62,357 bases of DNA, from NCBI GenBank assembly GCA_964566505.1, contig CAZMIM010000004.1:1-62357 (forward strand), in the 5' to 3' direction. Below are positions 48,601 through 57,600 of this stretch, piece after piece. Source of the stretch: an uncultured Candidatus Saccharibacteria bacterium (GTDB lineage Bacteria > Patescibacteriota > Minisyncoccia > Phycocordibacterales > PCTT01). A program made the position numbers and the translations under genes. Every line of letters begins with the position of its first letter. Position 1 is the stretch's first letter. The notes under the pieces are model-generated. The model saw nothing but the letters and a program-made list of their open reading frames with translations, did no database searches and was not told the DNA's origin.

Positions 48601-51600
48601 TCGTCACCACCATTTGATACAGCAAGTTTTTGTAAAGGATTAGTTGTTCCGATTCCTACGTTTCCTTGATGCCCTATAGTAAGAGCTGTGTTTGTTATAC
48701 CAGTACCATAATTATTTGATGTTCCAAAAGCGAGATAAGAACCTGAGCTAGTGAATCGTGCACCTACACGGACGTCTGGAGTATTACTTATATCATCATA
48801 TGATGCCTCGATGAGTGAGATATAATTTCCATCTGAATAATCCGTCTGCGTCACCCTTAAACCTTCTCCATCAGTACCTCCAGTAAAAGTTGAACCGAGC
48901 TTATTGGTAGTCTCAATTTCAAGAGGGTTTTGTGGGTTCGAAGTACCAATACCTACGTTTCCGCCATTAATAACCATCCTTGAACCAATTCCATCTTCTG
49001 AAAATACAAAGTAGTCACTGCCTGTATCGTAATAAAGAGAGAATTCATCTGTGCTTCCATCACTAAACTGGAGCTCTGGATTTCCTGAAGAAGCATCAAT
49101 CTTAATCTTTGAACTTGCACCATATACATCCAATAGCGCATTTGGTGTTGTGGTTCCAATTCCTACGTTTCCACCCACAAGACGCATGACTTCAGTACCA
49201 TTAGCCTCAAGAACTAGGCTACTATCTGCACTTAACCCTTTTACTGCCGCTATTTCATCAGTAACTGTGTCATAGAAACGTATTACAGATTGAGTTGTGC
49301 CAGTATCTCGAATTCGTAATTCAGCCGCTGCTCCCTCAATATCAAGCAACACGTCTGGTGTTGTAGTTCCGATTCCTACGTTTCCGCTATCCAAAATTGT
49401 CATTAAATCAGAACCAGTATAACTTCTGAATTTAATACCATCTGTAGCACTGTTGTCTGTGCTTGCAATAAAGGTTCCATCAGTTGTACCCCATAAAATT
49501 GGTCTATTTATAGAATATGCCCAAGACGCATTTATTGTTCCGTTATTAATAAGCAGGTCTCCATTATCGATTTCAAGCTTCTCTCTAGGGCTCGTAGTTC
49601 CAATACCTACGTTTCCTGTTTCATCAATTCTTAATGCATCTACAAGCGACCCATCTTCTCCTGTCTGGAACTGAAGACCCACTTTTGGAGCTCCACTCTC
49701 TGCAATACCAAGAATTCGCGCAGAAACACCTGGATTCCCAGTATCTGTAGTCTCAAAATCTATTGCACCAATAATGTCGTCTTCAAATATTGCCGTATCG
49801 TCTCTTCTAAGTTTAAGCGTTGAATCACTTGCATGGTTTATTACCAGCGTCTCATCTGGTGTTGATGTGCCTATTCCCACATCACCACTTTGGTTAAATG
49901 TCATTACTTCTGTTGCAGGAAGCCCTCCGCTGATATCACCGAATCCAAAGCTAAAGTAGTTGTTACTTCCACCTGATGTATTTGTAAGAGAAAGACCTCC
50001 TCTTCCAGATCCTATTGCCTCATATCCCAACAACACTCCTCGTGAAGACCTGTCTCCACCAACTCTCAAAGTTCCATTTGCGTTTGAAGACCCGTCATAT
50101 ACATGCAGATTATTTAGAGGAGATGTGGTGCCAATTCCAACGTTTCCTGCTGATGTAATAATGGCATCTACTCCTGAGTCTCCTGCGGTAAATTCGATAT
50201 CTGTTTGGGTGGCTAGTGTTAGGTCTCCTCTGTTTGAGCGCAAATCTGCATCTGTACCATCGTGTGAAAGCTCGACATAGTCTAGTGTAGACGAAGAATC
50301 TGCTGCCCTAATATAACCAACTGTATGTAGTGCCCTTGCAGGAGAAGCTGTACCAATACCTACACGGTTTGTAGAGTAGTCATACACCAAACCTGAAGTC
50401 TCTACCGCAAATCCTCCTGCAAATGTTGATGTGGCTGATGTAGAATCTGCTATGAAGTTTGAAGCTGTTGCAGAACTTGACACATCCAGCGCTCCGGTGA
50501 TGGATGTGTTGCTTCCAAGACTAAATGTGTCTGTTGATCCTGTATACAGAAGGCTTCCTGTTGCATCTGAATCGGTCATTCGGAGACGAACATTTGCATC
50601 TGTAGATACAACTTCAAAGGCGTTATCAGTGGTTCCACCATTGATAGTAGCAACCCCCGCATCAAGAGTGCCCGTAGTGGTGATGTTCTTAGCTTGGAAA
50701 TCCCACTCTCCTGCGGAATGATCGTAATACAGAATCGTGCCGGTTCCTGCTCTCCATCGAACATCACTGGCAACAGTGGCGTGTGAACCGCCGTACAGCG
50801 TCAGATTAGCACCCGCGTTCGTGGCTTGATCCCCGGAGATTACAAGGGATGAATTAGATGCTAGCTGTACGAGATAGTTTGATTCCAGTCTGGCGTTGGC
50901 AACGTCTACTCTGCCATCAGTTGACAGGTTCTCATTCCCAAAGTCAATCGCCCCGCTTGCGCTTGTGATAGAACCAGAGGCAAGGGTGAGGTCTGAGTCT
51001 ATTTCTGTACTTCCTGCTACATCAAGTAATGCTGAAGGAGAGGCTGTACCAATACCAACATTTCCATCCTTATCAATCCTTAAATGTTCTGAATCAGAAC
51101 CACCGTCTGAAGTATAGAAAGCGAGAAATGAATCTGCAGAACCCGCAGCTTCTGTGTATGCAGAGCTTCTACCAGAAACAATCTTACCTGCTGTTTGATT
51201 ATCATAACCCTCAAATATAAGACTGGCTGTGTCTGCAGTATTGTTGTAATTTGTGCTTGCTATAGTAAGAGCAACGTCTCCCCCGTTTGCATCTCTTTCT
51301 ATATGGAGCCTAGTATCAGGACTCGCAGTACCAATACCTACTCGATTTGTAGAGTAGTCATAAACAAGACCTGTTGTCTCTACCGCAAATCCTCCTGCAA
51401 ATGTTGATGTTGCTGTAGCAGAATCTGCGATAAAGTTTGAAGCTGTTGCTGATCCACTAACATCTAAATCCCCCGCGCTCAGGGTTACGTCACCTGCGAA
51501 GGTGGCATTCGCATCTTGCTCAATCTTGAAAGCATTGACATCTGACCCGCCGTTATAAACGTCGATGTTAAAACTATTATCTGTTCCCTGCCTTATTCCG

Positions 51601-54600
51601 TAGTACGCCCCATCACCAACAAACTCGTAAATACCGCTACTTGGTGAAACATCAACCGTATTTGATGCTGTAGCCCTTGCATAAATAGTGTCTGTAACTG
51701 TTAACAAGCCCGACACATCCAATGTGCCTGTGATTGAGGTGTTTCCTTCCAACGAAGAAGGCCCGCGAAGACGCACATCCCCACCAGTCTCAGCCCATAT
51801 ACTTAGGTCTCCACTGCTTGAATTTGCGTACATGGACGCGTCCCCTCCGCCAAAGCCTGATGTGCCGTTCAGTGAAAATCCTGTACCAGTCACGTCAGTA
51901 TACAAGTATCCAGTTTGCGATCCTGGTTCAGTCCACGAAAAGCCGTATTGGTCAGAGCTTGTGAATGTGATATCCACGCTGCCCGAGAACGTAGCCGACC
52001 CACTTGCAAAGGTACCTGTAGTACTCAAATCCTCGTCCCCAAAACTAATAGCTCCACTTGCAGAGGTTATTGAACCTGAAGTTAGAGTAAGGTCGTTATC
52101 TATGAGAGCTGTGCCTGCTGTTGCATCCACAAAGATAGCGTTTGTACTTCCTGCTTCTCCTGCTCTGAAATCTCCATCTACATCAAGCAAGTACTCAGGG
52201 GTAGTTGTACCAACACCAACATTTCCTAAGTCTCCATCTATATATAATCTAGAGTTAAGAACACCAATGCTGTTGGATAGCTTAAAGTTAAGATTAGTCC
52301 CATCCTTGTCTGCATTTCTCTCAGCAACAATATGCCCCTCACCTGTATTAGCTCCTGTGGTTCCTGCGTCATTTTGGAAGATAACAGAACCGAAAGAATC
52401 GTCTGTGTCGTTTGCATCACCATATATTCTAAATTCAGGGCTTGTGGCATTAGACCCATCCCCAACTTGAAGTTCGGAGCTAGGGTTTGTTGTACCAACA
52501 CCAACATTTCCAGAGCTCCCTTGTACAAAGAGTGCATCTGTTACTCCGCTTGCTTCTACGCGGAAATCGATATCATCTCCATCGTTGTTTATTATCAGCT
52601 CGTCTTGTGTAGTTTCGTTTAGCGTAATGAAGTCTTGCCCTCCTGCTACAAGAGCCAGATTGTCTGTACCTCCTCGATAAATTCCAGTATCCGTATCTGC
52701 TGAAAATGAATATGCTGGAGCAGATTCACTTCCATCTGCTGCAAGAAATGTTCCTGTAAGTGATAGTGAGCCGTCTGAATAAAGCGTTCCATCTATCTCA
52801 AGGTCGCCTGAGATGTATGCACTGTTGTATTGGTTGGCTGTAGCGATGCTGTCTGGTGTAGAAGAACCTACAGTCAAAAGAACTGTTGGTGTAACTGTTG
52901 CTATACCGACCTTTCCAGAGTTTGTAAGTATAGATAAGTGTGTACCAACTCCTGTTTCTGTAATCTGGAAATCACTAGATTCATTTTCAAGACGGAATGT
53001 TGTTGAGTCGCCTTCCAAGTGAAGTTGTGGGAATGAGCTGTCTATAGTGATATCGTCTGCGGTTTCTAGCGTTCCTGCAAAAGTGGTTGAAAGATCTGAA
53101 AAATCAAAGCTAACCAAAGATGATCCTCCTTCTCTTTTTAGAGCAAGAGATTGTGTACCTCCTTCAAAATAGTTTGCATCATATGTTCCAGTGCCATATA
53201 CAAACATTCTGCTTCCATACGGTACAGTTACATCGCCTGCAAATATTGCGTTTTGTGAGGAGTCGAGAGTGAGGGCTGTGGTACCACCAGTTACAACCTG
53301 TACTGTGTTTGCACTAGACTCGTAAAGATATGTATCTCCGGCACCATCTAGCCACAGCTGATCTGTTGCGTCTACTCCCATACCATTTGAAGTAACAAAT
53401 GCCCCACGAGAACCTCCTGCGTATAGAGAAATTACGTCAGCACTAGATTCTTCAATATATGTATTTGAACCACCGTCGAGGTACAAGTTGTTTGTGGCAG
53501 GAATAGCAACATAGCTATTACCAACTTGGAATCTATATGAACCTCCTGTTACAAGCTGTATTGTGTCTGCTGCGCTCTCTGTAAGATATGTATTTGAGCC
53601 GCCATCTAAGTATAGGTTGTCTGCTGATGGGATACTTAGATTTCCTGCAAATGCTGCATCTTGTGAACTGTCGAGAGTAAGAGCTACTGTTCCGTTTCCT
53701 GAAATGATTGATGTAGAAGCACCTGTTTTTTCTGAACCAATTCTAAACAGGTCTCCGTCATAATCCCAAACAAGTTTTGCTCCGAATGTGTCTGAAGGTG
53801 AGCCAAATGCCAAATATGAATTATTTGCATCTGGTGAGTAAACAGATATTCCAGAATTTCCGCTATTTTCTACTACCAAATCATCTGCATCTGTGTGTGC
53901 TGAGCCAAGCCCTGAAGCACCTGAGTACACATTAAGTTTTCCAATAGGTGATGTGGTTCCGATTCCTACATTTGAAGAAGTGTCTATTGTCAAAGCTGTT
54001 CCACTGCTATTTCTAATCTTGAAATCTCCTGATGAACTTCCTTCATTTAGAAGAGTCCAAAGCGCCGCTGATCCTCCAAGCTCGAGTGCAGAGTCGTTGC
54101 CAGCAGATGCGTTTACTTTTGCATACACGTTTCCTGAACCTTCTACTTGGAACTCTCGTGTTGGAGATGTTGTACCTACTCCAACAAAACCAGAAGCATC
54201 TATTGCAATACCATCTGTTGCACTTCCGCTTGCTGTACGAAGAATACGTAGAACATCAGCTGAGTTGTCTAGGAACATAGAAGCACCTATTGTTGTAGTT
54301 TCTTGATCATAGAAATCTACTCGAGGATCGTTTGAACCACTTGAGCCGAGCGCAAGCACCGGACCATTTGCCTCTAGGTGAAGTAGTGAGTTTGGTGTTG
54401 TGGTTCCGATTCCTACATTTCCTGAGGTGAATGCAGTGTCACCTACAGGATTTCGGATGATGAGGTCGTCGTTGTTATCAAGACCTATTATATTTCTAAG
54501 CGTGCCACCCGCGTCATCCCACCAAAGATACTTGTTATTTGTAAGCGCAATACCTCCATCTACATGAAGCTCTTTTTCTGGCGACGCTGTTCCAATACCT

Positions 54601-57600
54601 ACTCGGTTTGTAGAGTAGTCATATACCAACCCTGAAGTCTCGACTGCAAATCCTCCTGCAAATGTAGATGTTGCGCTTGTAGATGTAGCTGTGAAATATG
54701 GAGCCTCAACAAAGCTATATGATGTGAGTTTGCCTGTTGTTGTTGCTGCGCCACCAAATGAAACATCTCCTGTAAATGTAGAAGTGTCTCCAATGCTTGC
54801 AACATATCCCGCTGTTGAACCATCCGCTGAACCTCTGTAAATCTCAAAACCAAGTGAAGACTGATCATTATCAGTATCTATATACACACGAGCTGGACCA
54901 CCAGAAACAAGCCTAAACTCACCGTCAGATGTATTTGAAGATGCATATGTGTATACAGAAGATGAGTTAAGGCGTAACTCCTCCAACGCAGAAAGAATTA
55001 CTTGACCAGCAAAAGTGGCATCCTGTGAGCTATCTATTGTAAGAGCTGCTGTGCCTCCTGTTACCAAAGCAAGTGAGTCGGATGCATCTCCTCCAAGTCC
55101 TGTGTCTAGGTCTGCGGAACGAGGAACAAATGATGGAGTAGTGAGTGAGGCTCCGCCACCACGGATGTAACCACCTCCTCCTGTTGGAGAAAGAACATTT
55201 GAGATAAACACCCACTGATTTGAACCAGCCAAGCTCACTCGAAGGTTGTCGTCTGCGCTTTCATAGAATCCTGTGTCACCATCTCCAAATGCGATTGATG
55301 GAGTAGCTGCATCGTTTACTGTTGGTACTAAAAGTGAGTTTGTGGCTGTGGCTGATGTAGCAACAAAATCAGATGCAACCACTTGCCCCACTACAGATAA
55401 TTTTGCATACGGACTAGATGTTCCAATACCTACATTTCCTGCCCCAGTAACAGCAAGACCTACGTTGCTTCCTGAGTAATCTCTTACAAGAAGTGAGTAT
55501 GTTGAGTTTGTATTACCCGCATCAATGTTTACACCGTATCCTCCAGAAGAATCATCATTTTCAAATCGGGCGATGTAATCATTATCAACTGTTGCATCTA
55601 CATCAAGCCTGAATGAAGGATTTGCTGTACCGATTCCTACATTTCCATCAGCTCCTACATTGAACAGATTGTTGCCAGAGAAGTCTCGAAGTCGTAGAAG
55701 GTCTGCCGTTTGTCCTGATGTCCCTTCGATATCGAGCGTAACGATTGTTGTAGTTGAGTTGTCGTTTTGAAGATTGATTGGTTGGTTGAAGTCGAATCGT
55801 TCTGTGCTTGAATCCCATGAAAGCACTGCGTTTGGAGATGAAAGTCCTCGGTAGAATACAAATGACATGTCCTCTGTGTCTGCTGTAGGGTTGTCTGCGT
55901 TTAGTGTGAATGTTGAGTTGTTTGTTCCTGAGATTGTTGTAGAAGAAACAGAAAGGTTATTTACGTTAAGTTCATTGATGAAGCCAAGTTGCCAATATTT
56001 TGCTGGTGAACCAAGGTCGTATGTGTTGTTTGCACTTGGCACAAGGTCTGACTCTACCTCACCTGTGAGTGTAAGTGTGTCTGCTGAAGTATCCCCAAAT
56101 GCCACGCTTCCTAGTACTGTGAGGTCACCATTGAATGTTGAGGTTCCTGTGGTTGATGTGGCAACAAAATATGGAGCCTCAACAAAGCTGTATGATGAAA
56201 GCTTTCCTGTAGTTGTAGCTGCACCTTGTGCCAAAAGATCGTTATGGATTGTTGTGTTTCCATCTGTTCCGATTGTGATATCTGCTCCAGCAGAAGCTCT
56301 AAGGATAAGGTCGTTGTATCCAGAGCTTGTGATATCACGACCAATAACTTCACCATATCCTGACCCTTGTGTTATATCCACACCATCTGTTGCTGTTCCA
56401 AAGAGCCCTCGAAGTGATGTCAGTGTCCCTGTAGTTGAAAGATTTTCATTTCCAAATGAAATTGATCCTGTTGAATCTGTTATAGAACCAGTGGCAATTG
56501 AAAGTGTGTCGATAAGCGCTGATGATGTTGCTGTCAGTGTTGATGAAGTAAGTGAGCCATCAAAGTATCCATTTCCTGCAACTGAGAACAATGCAAATGG
56601 TGATGTGGTGCCAATACCAACATTTCCTGAAGAATCAATTGTTAGACGCTCTGTTGTTGCCGTCCACAAACTCAAACTATTTTCTAAATTGTCATATTGC
56701 ACAAGGCCAGCTTGACCAGAAACCGTGTCTCCCAAACCAATTTGAGCTAATCCTGATGTCCCTGAAATAATTTGAATTTCTGCATTTGTAGAACCAGCCC
56801 CACTATTTTGGAATATAGCAACAGTTGGAGAATTTCCTAAAACAGGAGTACCTGAGGTAAGCACGTTCAATGTTTTTGTAGGACTAGCAGTACCAATACC
56901 TACTCGATTTGTTTGATAGTCATATACCAACCCTGATGTCTCTACTGCAAACCCTCCTGCAAAGGTGCTAGTTGCTGTGGTTGATGTTGCGATAAATGAA
57001 GAAGCTGTTACCAAACCATCAAAGATACCGCTTCCTGCAACACCAAGTCGCGCACCCGGTGTTGTACTTCCAATACCAAGAAATCCTCCCGTTGTGAGAG
57101 TCATTTGTTCTGAACCTGAAACATTAAATCCGTAATCGAGAGCATCAAATGTACCGTTTGCATAAACAGAACCTCCAGTGTTGTAGAACTGGAATGTGCT
57201 TGCTGTCCTTATCACACCGGGTACATCAAGTGCTTGCCCTGGTGTGTCTGTACCAATACCTACTCGGTTGTTGATTGAGTCTACATAGAGCGTGTTTGAA
57301 TCAACTGCCAAGTCTCCTGCAAAAGTTGATGTTGCAAGTGTAGAAGTGGCTGTGAAATATGGAGCCTCAACAAAGCTGTAAGATGAAAGTTTTCCTGTGG
57401 TTGTGGCTGTACCAGCAATCAAGCTTGTGATGTATGCATTTGTTGTAGTAGCTGTTGTAAAGAAGCTATCTGTTGCGCGCAAATTAGTTGCAAATGCATT
57501 TGTAGTGGTTGCATTGGTTGTGGTGCTATTTGTTGCTGTGAGGTTTGTAGCAAAACTATTTGTTGATGTAGCGTTTGTAGTAGTTGCATTTGTAGCAGTG